Shown: positions 38,371 to 52,563 of the stretch, piece by piece
Layout: every line of letters starts with the position of its first letter
Position numbering within the stretch: the first letter of the stretch is position 1
Source: Octopus vulgaris
Taxonomy: Eukaryota
Length of the DNA: 64,000 bases
Direction of reading: 5' to 3'
Assembly: GCA_951406725.2 (NCBI GenBank)
Contig: OX597816.1
Coordinates: 113,460,001 to 113,524,000 of the forward strand
The notes under the pieces: model-generated
What the model saw: only the letters and a program-made list of their open reading frames with translations
The model's database searches: none
Told to the model about the DNA's origin: nothing
Translations under genes and position numbers: made by a program

Positions 38371-38609
38371 AATTAGTGTTTGAAGAAAAGTAGTGAGTTA
38401 CAATATATTTTTGTTAATTTGTTTTGGATTATGAAGAATAATAATAGTTTTAATTTTGGAATATAGGAAATAGAAATAGAATTTTGGAATATAGAAAACC
38501 ATTTTGTTTATAAACTATCTCTTTATTTTAAAATGTTTTCTTCATTTTCCTTTTTGCATCCATGCTAGTAACACTAAAAATATACAACTAAATTATACAC
38601 AGGTGTGGA

Positions 38610-39017
38610 CAGGTGGAGGCTGGCTATGTGGTGAAGAAGTTTGCTTCCCAACCACATGGTTTCAGGTTTACTCCTACTGCATAGTAACTTGTGCTTGTGT
38701 CTTTTATTATAGCCTTGGGTTGACCAAAGCCTCGTGAGGAGTGGATTTGGGAGAGGGAAACTAAAAGAAGTCAATTGTATGTGTGTGTGTGCATAGGTTT
38801 GTGTCTCCTTGTCTTGATATGATGTGATTGTTGTAAATGTATAGCATTCATTTCCAATATTCTGTGAAAAATCATGTCTAGCCACAGGGAAATATTACCT
38901 TGCGTGGAATCAGCTGAGGGTTGATGATAGAAAGGATATCCAGCTTTAAAAATTTACCTCAATAGACTCCATCTGACCCATGGAAAAATGGGTGTTAGAT
39001 AGACAATGATGATGATG

Positions 39018-39020
<3 letters not shown>
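38610..39020 (+). mobile_element. SINE head with an RTE-like 3' end and (GAT)n/(AAT)n tail
   Basis: tggctatgtggtgaagaagtttgcttcccaaccacatgg head; gacccatggaaaaatgggtgtt...gatgatgat tail. Confidence 0.7.
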
Positions 39021-39065
<45 letters not shown>

Positions 39066-40402
39066 GCACATAACAATTTCAACTGATGAATACATTGCAA
39101 ATTGGGCATAACTTTTAAAATCAATCTCTAGAGTGAGCTTGCTATAAAGACAAGCACTTTTCCAATGTTTCACATCTTAAACAAAGCATATCTACCATTT
39201 TGTTTTCAACTGAAGTTTATTTCTTTTAGTTCTAAATTAATTTTATTTTTGAGAGGCTTGATTATTTTTGAAATTAAATATGAAATGAGTCTGGTATAAG
39301 TGTTTTAGAATGTAACTTGAAAAAACTCCTCACTACACTTAATTGCTTTTTATCTTTCTTCAAGAAGAAATAACTAGTAATGCTAATAAATTGTTAGCAT
39401 GTTCTTAATTTGAACAACCATCTACTTAATAATATCAGAATATTGTATAAAATTGTTTCAATATTAAAAACTAGCTAAATTATATACAATCTTGAAGGAA
39501 AAGAAATGGAATCTACTTTCGTCAAGTATATTTTGAACAATGTTGATTGTAAAGTACTTTATTTATTACATTGATTATTTGCTAATCTCTTAAATAGTCA
39601 TTTTTATGTTAATTGTTAAATAGATATATTAAATTGGTGTAGTTTCTTTACCAAAAAGGATAATATTTTGAGAGTTAACTCCTTTAGTTTCCCTTTAAAA
39701 TATTATTTATATGTGGGAAAAATCTTATTTTAATACATCAAATTTTCTTGATTGTAATATTCAATTATTCCTTTTAGAATATTTTTTTTATGGAAACAAA
39801 AAAAATTCACATTGTTAATTTGTATGCTTATAATTCAAGAATATATGGTAGGTTTCTTTAAACTAATTTTAGCATTATCTAAAGAATTATGTGCTTTAAA
39901 GGATACAAGTTTCAATTTCAATAGTCTTTTAAAAATATTTTTCATTCAGTAAAGTAGAAAAAGCAACTAAATTTTATTCAGTTATTGAATATTTTACCTT
40001 TTGCTTATTTCAATTGCACCTTATTCTTTTCTAGATGTATTTAAAGTGATTGTTTAATATGCTTAAAAATTCAAATTTAATATTTTATGCTTGTCCCGGA
40101 AATATCACCAGTCTATTATAGAAACCCTCTTATGAAATAGAACAAATTAACACCCAGTTTCAATAAAAATACTTTTCTAAAAACCTTTAACAAAGCAATT
40201 AATTATAAGGCTTTATTGGGTTATCAAAAAACAGCTAAAGAGGAATTTCATTTCCTTATTGTTTAGGTTAACAGGCTCTTGTCAAAACATTTTCATAGCA
40301 TACTGTTAATGAAAGTTTAATAACTACTTCTTTTATTGGACCGTTGTAGTCTTTCTGTACTGTCTAAATATTTTCACTTCCTTTCTTCTTCTTCTTCTTC
40401 TC

Positions 40403-40435
<33 letters not shown>

Positions 40436-41426
40436 TTTCCTTGTGTATAATATATTTGACGATATATTCATATGTAGCATGGAGGAAATAGTCATTCAGA
40501 ATATCCTTCATTGACAAAAAGCTTACTTGCTTAGTTTTACGTCAATTTTTAATATTGCTGTTTTACAAATATAAAAAGAAATACAGCTAAATCAGAAAAA
40601 ACTGCAACTCATCTAAGCTAACTTTCTGTTAGTTGTGCTGTGATTAGCTCTGCTATTTTCATAATCTGGTCCATCTATTTGATGCCTTAGTAGTACTTAA
40701 ATTCTCAAGTTATGTTACGAACAACAAATATTGGAGAAGTGAAATAATTCTGAAAAAAAATCTGACATAATGTAGAAGGGATGCTTAACCTGACAAATAA
40801 CTTTTCTAATAACATGGCACGATAAAATGCACCCAGTTAAAATACTGTTAAGTAGTTGGTGATAGGAAGAGCATCTAGCCAATAAAACCATGATAAAATC
40901 ATGACAACCACAAATTTGATACATAAAACTATGTAAACAAGACTAATTTTATCATGTTAATGCTGTGCTTAGGTGATAAGGGATGAACCCTACAACTGTC
41001 ATCAATCACACCAGTTCTCTTAATTTCAAATCCCCGAAAACTGACAACTAAGTACTCACTCATCACCAGAAACTCCCTTTGGTCTTGTCAGGTAGAAAGC
41101 TTCAGAGTAGCTGCCATCAATGTTTGCATTATTAAAGGTAGGTCTAGACTACAGATGCTTAAGTAGAGGTGAATAATTGTGGGCTCTGTTCAAGAGGTAA
41201 AATGGTTATTTTAAGAAATAATAAGAAGGAGGAGCTAGAGATTTATAACTTAAGGGAGAATTGACTGTTGCTTTGGCACAAACAGCTGTGAGCTGCAAAC
41301 CATATCTGTTGATAGATTAGGATTCTTGCTAGACTGAAAGTGAGATGATTGTAAAGAGAACCTTGAAAACTTATGAAAAGTGAGTTTTTCTAATCAACAA
41401 AATTTTTTAAAATATTATTTTTAATA

Positions 41427-41850
41427 GGTGTAGGTGTAGCTGTGTGATCAGAAGCTTACTTCCCAGCCACATGGTTCTGGGTACAGCCCCACTGCATACT
41501 ACCTTGGGCAAATATCTTCTGTTATAGCCTCAGGCTAACCAAAGCCTTGTAAGTGGATTTGGTTGACAGAAACTGAGGGAAGACTGTTGTCTGTATATAT
41601 ATCTAATATGTGTCATCGTGTCTGCATTTGTTCCCCACCACCGTTTGACAGTCAGTATTGGTTTGTTTACATCTCTGTTACTTAATGGTTTGGCAAAGAG
41701 ACTGATAGAATAGGTACCAAGCTTGCAAACAAAAAAAAAGCAATAAACAAAAACAAGAGTACTGGGATTGATGCATTCAACTAAAAATTCTTCAAGGCAA
41801 GTACCCCAGCATGGCCACAATCTAATGACTGAAATAAGTAAAAGGAAAGA
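41427..41850 (+). mobile_element. Full-length tRNA-derived SINE, main family
   Basis: A/B-box-like head, gtggatttggt..acagaaactga core, ccagcatggccaca...tgactgaaataagtaaaag tail. Confidence 0.85.
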
Positions 41851-44409
41851 CAAAGGATTAACAAAATTTGCATCCCTAAAGCAATCTTTTCATTTCAAGA
41901 TGGAAATTATTTCAGGGATGATCAGTTGCTAACATTCTATAAGGCACAAGAATGATTCAGATTGGAGTACTGCTCACATATCTGGGGAAGGTGCTGCTGT
42001 GACACACTCAAAATTAAAACTCTTTCTACCAAAATAAAATTAAAAAACAAAACAAGATAAAATATTTTGCTGATTAGAAAAACTCGTCAACTTTATGACA
42101 TGATAATTCTTCTCTCTGACATTTCTATCTCTTAATACTAATCACTCCTATCTTGTCTCATCTCCTGCTTACCACATTAAGTATTTTCTTCAGTCTATTC
42201 TTCCTAGAAATGCATCTTACTTCTTCTCTCCAAACTGTTTTGTCTCAAATCAACTTTGAATGATCAGACCTATAATGAAAGACATTTCAGCTGTGATCTT
42301 CCTGTCTTTTTATATAATATAATACATGATATAATGCCTCTCCTTTTTAATGGTCATGAGGTGTACTTTGAAGGAGATTTGGCTGTTGTCTCTTGCAGAT
42401 CAATCAACTGCATTAAGTCATTCCTTGGTGACTTAACATATCCGACCAGAATATCAGTGCTCAGACTACTGAGATCTATGAAGTTCTTCAATTTGATTAT
42501 TTGTAAGTTGATGCGTGTAGAAAAATAATTTGTATCCATGTCTATTTTTTCTATAAGTATCAGCCTTCAAAACTTCAAATGGAATATCTATTGTAGGAGT
42601 GGAGAATCTAAGAATTTGGGGATAAATTGTGAGTGTATAAGAACCTGTTTTGGTCTTAAAGCTTAAGGCTTTTAGAAACTTTGTTAGTAGATAGATTCAT
42701 ATTTGAGATAATTCATATGACTATATACGCTTTTTACAGAATTTATATGGTTTATCAGAGGAATTTTTCTAGAATTGAGATTTATAACAACAAATATTTA
42801 AATTCATGAAAGTAATTTCTGCTTTAAATCTTCATTACACGTCAACTTTTTTTTCACTACATTACTTATAAAAAAACTGATTAGTTAATTTCAAAATTTA
42901 CAAGAATTCATTTATATTCTGTTAATTTATGCTTTCAGAGTCCTTGATTATTAATTTTCTATAGAATACTAACAATATCCTATTCACAGTGGATGTTAGA
43001 AAGGCTTAATATTTCATTTGCATATTTTATTTATTAACTTCCCTAAAATAAAATAAAAAATATATATATAGAAAAAAAAATTATATGTTGGAGAAGACAC
43101 ATATTTTTAGGAATATTTTATTAATTCACAACTTTATGAAGGTTTTCATCATTTTAGAAAACTAATGATCAATTTATTTTCAAATAGAGGGTTTAATGCA
43201 TTATTGATGCTATTTCAAAACCTTTTCTGAGTAATCATGTACTATTTTTTCTTAATATCTTTATATGTATGATCTGTTCTCATTTTAATAGTTTATTTTT
43301 CAACATGATTTCTCATTTTACTACACATAATTTCCTTTGATCCATTCCTTTACATTCTACTCTTTATAACTAGAATGGTTGTCATAGAGCTTCATTTAAG
43401 TTCTTTTATTTTTATAATCATCAAAGAATTCTTTAATTTTAGATAAAATAAACAAAATAAAATCCTTTTTTAATTTGAGATTTAAAATTTACAGTGCTGG
43501 TTTTTCTTGATATTTTTTATTGAGAAAATTCATTATAAGTAGATTTGTTCTTTTCTTGACTCAGCTTTACTTGATGAAGTGTTCAGTTTATTTAGGAAGT
43601 ATTTAAAACATAAAGAATATTTTGGTAAATCTCCTATTGACACAAAAAATAGACATAATTAATTATAAAAATGGGAAATCATGTGCAAGTAGCATTAATT
43701 AAAATTATGTTATGTAATAATATATACACTAACCCAAATATATACGACAGCTATTTGACATAGATGTTATTGTACTGCATAGATATTATAGTAAAATATG
43801 TATTTTCAGTACATATAATTCTTGAGAAATTTTAATATTTTAAACTTCTCTTTCATTCTTACAAATCTCTTAAAATAATTTTTCTAATTTTTTAGAAATC
43901 TAGATTGAGATACACATAATGAGAGAGATGTCAGTATGATGTATTTTCAAAGCGCTTATAGATATTATGCCTATACACTATTTTTTAGAAATATACTTAT
44001 TTCATATGACCTACTACCAATCTCATGTGTGTATTTCTTACTTCTTTTCCCAATCAATTTCATCTAACACTCATTGCTTTATGAAATAATTAGTGTCTTA
44101 TAAGTCATTAGTTACTTGGGACATCACTTTATTTGTAATATTAATAAAAATTCAAAAACAAAAAAAAGACATAAATGTCACAAAAGAACCTCATCACCTC
44201 TTCCTATAAATTACAAGCCTCAGTCCTAAATAATTTGTAAAAAATTTCTTTTGATATTGTATCCATGTATTAATCTTGGTATCTTTCATGGCTAGTCACT
44301 TACGTACTACCTTTAACAGTTAAGTCACAAAATACCTTCAAGCCCCAGCATCAATTTTTCATTTGAGTTTATTTTTTACTTGAGTCTATTTTAATGTTTT
44401 ATATTTTTA

Positions 44410-44868
44410 CATCATATGGGCATGGACACAGTGAAACTCCGATGTCTGGCAGCTGACTTGGCAGACACCCGTAAAATTATTAACCATCTTACAAACAATA
44501 ACTCTGAGCACCTTTTCAAACTCCACCCATCTAACACCCGTGGACATATTTACAAAGTCAGAAAACAGCACAGCTCCTATGACTTTAGGAAACATTTTTT
44601 TACGCTGAGAGTTGCTGAAGCATGGAACAAACTGCCGGCATCAGTTGTTAGTTGTCGGAGCACTGCATCCTTCAAAACTTCCATGATTTCTGAGATTCAC
44701 CAACACTACACCTGATTTTCTCCCCTCCATACACACAAGCATGTATCTGACACATACATTGTTCACTTTCCAGACATTTGTACATTACTGCATATACTTT
44801 ATATGCACTTTCTGACAAGTTGTGGTGCACCTGAGCACTGTTTACAATAATTTCATTATCATTATTAT
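44410..44868 (+). mobile_element. CR1-type LINE 3' end
   Basis: TRGHIYKVRKQHSSYDFRKHFFTLRVAEAWNKLPASVVSCRSTASFK, typical of the CR1 C-terminus; (ATT)n tail. Confidence 0.9.
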
Positions 44869-46474
44869 AGTCATTAGATATATTAATTATATTAAAAGGA
44901 TTGATTCAGTACCAGTTTTCTCTAGTTACCTCTACATTGTTGACACAGTCTGCATAGAAGTAGTGCTGTCATTCTATGATAAATATACACAATTCTGTGT
45001 ATTTACTTAGTAGTTTAATCACTAATACTCTAGCAGCTAAAGTGGCATTATACTGTTGCTGAAAATCTCAAATGATGAAGCATAGAGTTATTTACCATCT
45101 TTACCTGGGGAAAAAATATTAATTACCTACTAAATTGATATTATGTTTTTCATTGCGTAGTTAGTCTAACTTTAGCATTTTAATATTCCAAGCAATAAAA
45201 TTACTTTCATGTACACTACTGAATGGACCAAATTAAGTTCTTGGTTATACTGCATGTGCAGGCATTTTGTGTGCTTAAAAAGCTTTCTTCATAATCATGT
45301 GGTTTCAGGTTCAGTTCCACAGCTTGACACTTTGAACAAGTGTATTGTCATAGCCTATGAAATTGGATTGATGGAAATGTGCAGAAGCTTGTGAGACTGC
45401 CTGATCCTGAGTGACAGAGCCAATCCTGTAGTTAGTTTAACACTGTGTGCCTATAGCAGAGTCTGCCTTGCAGCAATCCTTTGGACCAGGCCTACAACCT
45501 GAGAATAACTTGATATCTAAGTTCTACTTCCTACTGGAGTAACCTGTAAGGAATGTTTTTTACTCTTTGTTCTCACTTTCAATAAGCCCTGCAAAGATCG
45601 TGGGCACAGATTTTTCATCCTCTAAACTTGGAAAATAATGTGAATGCAAATGAAGCAGCAATTAATCTGAGTTAAATTAAACTCTTTCTTCCATGCTATA
45701 GACTTTTGCAATTCTATAATTTACACCAGTTATTTGAAAAAAGAAATAAATAAAAGCAAAATCAAATCCCTCTATATAGAAGTATTTCCGCAAGATTGAA
45801 TCTACTAAGAAATTTGTTGTAGTACCTAAAGAATTATTGTTAATATACTTTAAATATTTTATCAATTTTTGTATTGATATTTATTTCAAAATAAAATAAT
45901 GGAATAATGTTGTTATAAAGAAATAATTAGAAAGCAATCTTTTGTCATTTTGTGCTACTACTTACAGAAAACATGGTGATGAAATGCACATTATATATTC
46001 CAAATATGTCTTTGGACTTTAGTACACACATGTGTGGGTGTGTGTGTGTATACACGCTGAAGTCCCAAGATTTTATACCCTCACATATTCTGTCTAAAAC
46101 TGCATTATATACTTTAATCATGCAATTATTTCTTTTTAAAGAAATAATTGAATTCTTAATGAACAAGTGTAATGATAAGAATATCAAATCTACCGACATA
46201 CAGCAGGTTTGAATGGTTTAGTTTTAAGCTGTGCATTTATAACATGGTTTGATTAAAACTGATCTTCTTGCACTATTGAAAAGATTAACTGATTTAAGAA
46301 TTAGTCTCTCAGGCTCCATTCAGAGAATACATTGAACTGCTTGTAGTTCTATTTAATGTCTGCTTAACAAGATTGTATTGAAAGTTATTATTTAAAAGAA
46401 AACTGTATACTATTGAAAACATTGAGAGATTTTAAAACATTTGGCTATATTCATTCTAAATTCTTTACAATTCA

Positions 46475-46715
46475 TCACCAAGCGCAAAAACTTCTCCAAT
46501 ACCACAAACCCTATAAGGTAACTGGCCCTGATAATGTTTCTTGAATTTCTTTCAAATAGTGCATTCCAGAACTAGTTTCTATTCTCACCAAATTCTTCAG
46601 TCTTCTCCCAGAAGACATGTTTCAGTTTTTGGAAACATGCAATAGTAGATTACCTTCCTAATAAGTGCAGCTTCCCCGTTCCTGCTATATACTGATCAAT
46701 TGTCCTGTTTTTTAA
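46475..46715 (+). mobile_element. LINE RT N-terminal fragment (CR1/Jockey-like)
   Basis: KVTGPDNV...CIPELVSILTKFF...WKHAIV..LPNK. Confidence 0.7.
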
Positions 46716-46764
46716 CAGTTCATATATGTATGTAAGTATATATGTATGCACCTGTGTGTGTGTG

Positions 46765-46802
<38 letters not shown>

Positions 46803-46836
46803 TAAGTATATATATATACTTGTATGTATATCTGTA

Positions 46837-46891
<55 letters not shown>

Positions 46892-46909
46892 ACAACAGAT
46901 GGATTGTGG

Positions 46910-46991
46910 TTCACCACACCTGTTTGAAGCATTTTAAAAATTTATGAACAGAAGTGTTACATCATGCAAAAAACTGTTTTCATCAGGTGAA
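46910..46991 (-). ncRNA. Degenerate type-I hammerhead fold next to (TA)n
   Basis: Minus strand: ttcac-CTGATGA-...-CAAAC-aggt-GTG-gtgaa; stem I ttcac/gtgaa intact, but GAAA is changed to CAAA and the triplet is GUG, so probably inactive. Confidence 0.45.
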
Positions 46992-47646
46992 TGCAGGTAA
47001 GAATCAACAATTAGAATTTCTCAAGAAAAGGACATAGTGCCAGATGACTCGATCAACTCAAATTCAGTCAGAAAGTTAAGATATCTGGTGGAGTACGATA
47101 TAGCCTAGCCACTCATATAGTCAGTCAGGTTGTATAGGAAGGCACCATCCCTAATGATTCCTGTACTACTCCATTTATATTCACCTACATGTACCTTGAG
47201 GGCATGACCTGTCACATCACCATCATCTTCCTTTCTCTCTCTTCCCCACTCTCTCTCTCTCTGACTGGGATAACTATGTATCTCCTCTACAGCAAGACAC
47301 CTGTTTCTGTTTATCATAATTTAACCTCATTATCTGGCACAAAGCCACCTCACTCAATTTCATTCTTCTTCTTAGTTGAGGGATCTTTGTCTTGCAATAT
47401 ACTTGGTGACTTCACCAGTGCTGGGTGATTGGCATTAGGAAGGGCACTCAGCCATAGAAATCATGCCAAAGTAGACAGTAGAGCTTGGTGCAGTCCTCAG
47501 ACTTGGCAGCCACTGCCAAACCAGTCAACTCATGCCAGCATGGAGAATGTACATTAAATGATGATGATGATATACACGTGTGTGTATGTTTTATATATAT
47601 ATATACACGCATACATATACATATAGCATATGTATGTATGTATATA

Positions 47647-47806
47647 GGTGCAGGCATGGCTGTGTGGTAAGAAGCTTGCTTCGCAATCACATGGTTCTGG
47701 GTTCAGTCCCACTGCATGGCACCTTGGGCAAGTATCTTTTATTATAGCCTTGGGCCGACCAAAGCTTTGTGAGTGGATTTGGTAGACAGAAACTGAAAGA
47801 AACCCA
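47647..47806 (+). mobile_element. tRNA-derived SINE head, well preserved
   Basis: ggtgcaggcatggctgtgtggtaagaagcttgc...gggttcagtcccactgc...gtggatttggtagacagaaactgaaaga. Confidence 0.85.
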
Positions 47807-47822
47807 TTTGTCAAAATGATCT

Positions 47823-47878
47823 GGATGCTTCTGATGAGAACCCAATAAGGTTTGAAAATTGATTAAGGTTATTCATCC
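47823..47878 (+). ncRNA. Minimal type-I hammerhead fold, copy 1 (core intact)
   Basis: ggatgctt-CTGATGA-gaacc-caataa-ggttt-GAAA-attgat-TA-aggttattcatcc; stem I ctt/agg plus ggatg/catcc. Confidence 0.7.
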
Positions 47879-48125
47879 TTTTTCAGTCTGTGGAGAAATG
47901 GCTAAAATTTGCCCTGTTTATAATTATACCATATGTTACATATATTTTATATCATACCTTGATACTGTGTGGACTAAGATCCCTGTTGACAGGCTGCCAG
48001 TATTTATAGAGTGTTAAACACTTTTGGTATGCATATTAGGAACTCCTTCATAGAGTAACTGCTGCATTTGTTGAGTATATAAACAGTTTGGCTGGTTGTT
48101 TCTTTGGAGATTGTCAAAATGATGT

Positions 48126-48180
48126 GGATGCTGCTGATGAGAACCCAATAAGATTCCAAAATCAATTAAGGTTGTTCAAT
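48126..48180 (+). ncRNA. Minimal hammerhead fold, copy 2 (GAAA changed to CAAA)
   Basis: CTGATGA at 48134-48140, gaacc/gattc, CAAA-atcaat-TA; with copy 1 it implies a palindromic stem III consensus AATCGATT. Confidence 0.55.
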
Positions 48181-49379
48181 TTTTTCAAGCTGTGGAGAAA
48201 TGACTAAAATTTGCTCTGTTTATAATTATACCATAAGCTATATATATATATGACTTACTGGTTAGGGTGTTTCACTCGCAATTATGAGATCATGGGTTTG
48301 ATTCCCAGATTGGGCATTGCATTGTGTTCTTGTCACATCACTTGACATATGACACATGGTGCACATGCACAGACACTGTCCATTTGATGGAGAGAGTGAG
48401 CTTATGTGTACAGAAACATTTGAGCACTATAAACAAATTATCTGTGTGGTTGTTCAACAAGAAATTGCCAAACCCTCATACATCATCTAATGATGGGAGA
48501 GTCCATGATGTATCTATATGTATATCTTTGCATTTGTGTTTGTCTCCCCATTATCACTTAACAACAGGTGTTGGTGTATTTACTTCTCCATATCTCAGTT
48601 GTTCAGCAAAAGAGACTGATATAATAAATACTTAGCTTTAAAAATAAGTCCTTGGGTTGTTTTGTTTGACTAAAATCCTTCAAGGCTGAGCTCCAGCATG
48701 ACCACAGTCAAAATGACTGAAACAAGTAAAAGAAATATGATCCTACTCTTCACTTAACAAGAACAATTTCTTTAACCCTTGCTATTTCTAGATTATTACC
48801 TTTAGTAATACATATGATTTATTTTGTCCTCAGCATCCAAATAAGTAACTTGACACTCCTATATATTCCTTAATTCTACAAAACAACAACCTGCATTATC
48901 TCATCTGAAATTGTACTGTTATTGCTGTTGTACAGGCAAAATCAACCTTCAACAATAGAAGAAAATCCTCCATTGCTCTCAGATTGAAAGATAAATTTAT
49001 CGATCAAGAGATAACTTTGGGGTATTGCATGATCAGTTTCTTTTTCTCACTCTTGGTCTCTCAGTTTTAACAACATCCTTTCATCTAAACAGGCTAATAC
49101 ATGGAAGAAATTCCCCATTAACACAAACATCTAAGTATATTTAATGCATTCAACTCTCATTTTCATCACTTTTACCTGGTGTTACATTTCTATAATATGT
49201 TTTTCTCTCCAGAACCATGTACTTCTTTCTATTGGTTTTCTTCTATCTACTAAACTACAACAATTCAAATAAAACATCAGTTACACTAATCTTATTAAAT
49301 GATGATAATTTCTAAGCATTAAGGGATATAAAAAGGATAAAAAAATCAATTGTCTTGAAGGAACCAATAACTAAGTTTC

Positions 49380-49940
49380 TCAACAGAAGCATTTATTTTT
49401 AAATATCACTATATTTAGAAGGTGATCTCCAGCATGCACTGAATGGGTTTGCTTCTGAATGCTACAAGGCTGGGATGAGAATAAGAATTGCAATGGCTAA
49501 GCCTCTTAAGTGAGTCTCTTCAGTATACTCTACATGTTAGTGGAACATCACTGAAGCAAATGAAGTTTAATCCTTTAGCATTCAAACTGGTTCTTGGGAG
49601 TAATGTTACTCAATGGGATGTGTACTCAGAGATCAGGGAGTCTCTCCAAATTGAGCCACTACTTCCCTGCATTGAGAAGTCACAGTTCATGCATTATAGA
49701 TATATGATTAGAATGCCACAGGAAAGAATCACAGGTCTGATTCTTCAAGCTGAGCCAACTGGCTGGAGACCTAGGGATAAACTAAGAATGAGATGATTGG
49801 ATAACACCCACAGTCTCAGTTGGTCATGCTTGGGATCCTAATGACAGTTGCTTTTGATAGGATGCAATAGAGGAGGTGCCTGAGAAATCTACCCCAAAGA
49901 CCATTCCTAGAATACTGGGCAGAGAAAATGGATGGATGAA
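49380..49940 (+). mobile_element. Old RTE-like LINE fragment
   Basis: IRESLQIEPLLPCIEKSQFMHYRYMIRMPQERITGLILQAEPTGWRPRDKLRMR. Confidence 0.75.
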
Positions 49941-50452
49941 TTGCTGTAAATTATCTATTATCACCTACTGCCAAATAATTGACAATTTGCTTGATTTTGA
50001 GGATTTCAGTCTATTGACTGAACTATCAGAATATTATATCCCTCTAACAGTAAAGAACTAACAAAGATACTTTAATCTTTCTGTAATTATATTTCTAACT
50101 GTTTCAATTAATTCTAAAATAAACCTGAATTTTGACTGGCTTCTGAAAACAATTATAACTTTATTTACTATATAAAAGTAGTATTTGGAATACAAAATAT
50201 GACAAAATTTTTTGATTCAAAATTATTGTAATTACATGTAAGTACAGGTAAAATCAGTGTAGTGTAAAATTACTTAACTTCTATTTAAATAACACCATAT
50301 GAAATTAGTTATTTGCCAATAGTCAGCCAGGATAAATAACTGATTTGTAAAAGAAAACTTACATACAATACTGAATTTCCAATTGAACTTAAGGTATGCA
50401 TATCGATAAAATTGTATGAAATGCTATAATTTAGCAAAATATTTGAAGAGAA

Positions 50453-51545
50453 TCATCATCATCATCATTTAATGTCCATTGTCCATGCTGGCATGGGTTG
50501 GATGGTTTGACCAGAGCTGGCAAGCTGGGGAGCTGCACTAGATTCCAGTTTGATTTGGAATGGTTTCTACAGCTGGATGCCCTTCCTAATGCCAACCACT
50601 TTAAAAATGTGTTGGTTGCTTTTTTGTGGCACTGCATGGGTGCTTCTACATGGCACCATATGGGTGCTTCTATATGGCACCACGTGGGTGCTTTTATATG
50701 GCACCACATGGGCACTTTTATGGGGCACTGTACAGGCACTTTTATGTGACACTGCATGGGCACTTTGGTTTGGAATGGTTTCTACAGCTGGATGCCCTTC
50801 CTAATGCCAACCACTTTAAAAAATGTGTCGGGTGCTTTTATGTAGCTCCACATAGGTGCTTTTATTTGGCACCACATGGGTGCTTCTACATGGGTGCTTT
50901 TATGTGGTACCACATGGACACTTTTATGTGGAACTGTACAGGCACTTTTACATGGAACTGCATAGGTGCTTTTATGTGGAATCACTATGAGTGCTTTTTA
51001 TGTGGTACTGGCACAGGACACTTGCAGGTCAATCCTGCAAGACCAGGAGGACTGGTCTTAACACTTCTGCTGTGGAGTAAGGGTCTTCTTGAACTCAGCA
51101 AAGTGCCAGGCATCTTGGTCCTTTATCATCTCAACAGAAAAGTTTAGCATCCTGAGGTTGTTCTTCAGTACTTCATCCCATGTCTTCTTGGATTTCTCAC
51201 TTCCACATGTTCCAACTACTTTGAGAGATTGGCACTTCATTTGGAGTTGTTGGCATCCATCTGCATCACATGACCAAACCAACACAGTTTTTTCTCTTGC
51301 ACACTGCAACTAATTCCTCTTATGCCTAACTTCTCTCTTAGAACACTAGCACTTTGTCAAACATGTTCACCAATGGAGCATACTAGCCTCATTCCTTTCT
51401 AATCTTTGCATATCCTTTGCATTAGGGCTCATGTCTCACTACCAAGTAGAATTGCTCTCTGTATATATGTATCATATAATCTTCCTTTCACTCAGCGAAA
51501 GAAACCTTTAATTTCTTCCATCCTGTTCTTATTCTAGCTAATTTC
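50453..51545 (-). mobile_element. Older RTE 3' fragment with an expanded 22-bp minisatellite in the 3' UTR
   Basis: KCQSLKVVGTCGSEKSKKTWDEVLK (compare 8063-8896); 22-bp unit tggcaccacatgggtgcttttatg-like at 50625-51010; internal duplication at 50550-50610 and 50768-50825. Confidence 0.85.
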
Positions 51546-52468
51546 CTCCATCATACATGCACATATACTAATGCACACACACACACACACACACACACAA
51601 TGATGGACTAATATAAGTTTCAAATTTTGGCACAAGGCCAGCAAGTTCAGGGGAGGGGGCTTGTTGATTACATTGTTCAACAACTGTTACTTAGTTTATC
51701 GACCCTGAAAGGATGAAAGGCAAAGTCAACCATGGCAAAATTTTAATTCAGAATGTAAAGATGGATGAAACATGATGGACTAATATAATTAAACAGAATT
51801 AGTTATTTAGCTGGTGAATTAAAAATCAAATATTGGGAAAAAATATTTTAAAAGCTTTTGCTACATTTTCCATCTGGAATCATTTCATCATTATGTTCAC
51901 GAGTTGCTCTCACTACAGAGAATTGAACCATATAGTTTAAAGGCCACCCAGTGTACCTCGCAGTTTTTTCTTTTCTACAGTTGCTTCTTCATTTGAAAAT
52001 CCTTCCTATTCAGAGTCATTATTACTAAATCTGAAGTTTATCTCCACCACCACCAAAACCACCATAATCATTTAAAGTCTGTTTTCTATGCTGGCATGGG
52101 TTGGACAGTTTGACAGGAATTAGCCAGCCAGAGATCTGTCCAGACTCCAATTGCCTGTCATGGCATGGTTTCTATGGCTGGATGCTCATCCTTAGCACTT
52201 ATAAATTTTAAAGAACAGTAACACATTTTGCAGATAAGTAATGTGAAGCATGTGAGGAGAATAGCTGTAAAAATCCAATAACAAAATTTATCAGAAATTG
52301 CACTGTCATTGTTGTTGTAAAGGCAAAAATCAACCTTTAGCACTCGAAGGAAGTCACTCATTGATTTTGATATCAAACTGTAAGAGAAGTACATAGGCTC
52401 AGAGATAACTGGGATATTTCATGACCTGTAAGCTTCCAACCTTTTCCAAATGCATCTGTTCAGATTCC

Positions 52469-52563
<95 letters not shown>

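Larger units (their letters stand above)
47808..48235 (+). repeat. Partial tandem duplication (period 303 nt), each copy with a hammerhead motif
   Basis: 47808-47933 matches 48111-48235; followed by (TA)n. Confidence 0.85.

Noticed and set aside
50431-51147. Repetitive ORFs of up to 173 aa
   Set aside because: Product of the 22-bp minisatellite in an RTE UTR
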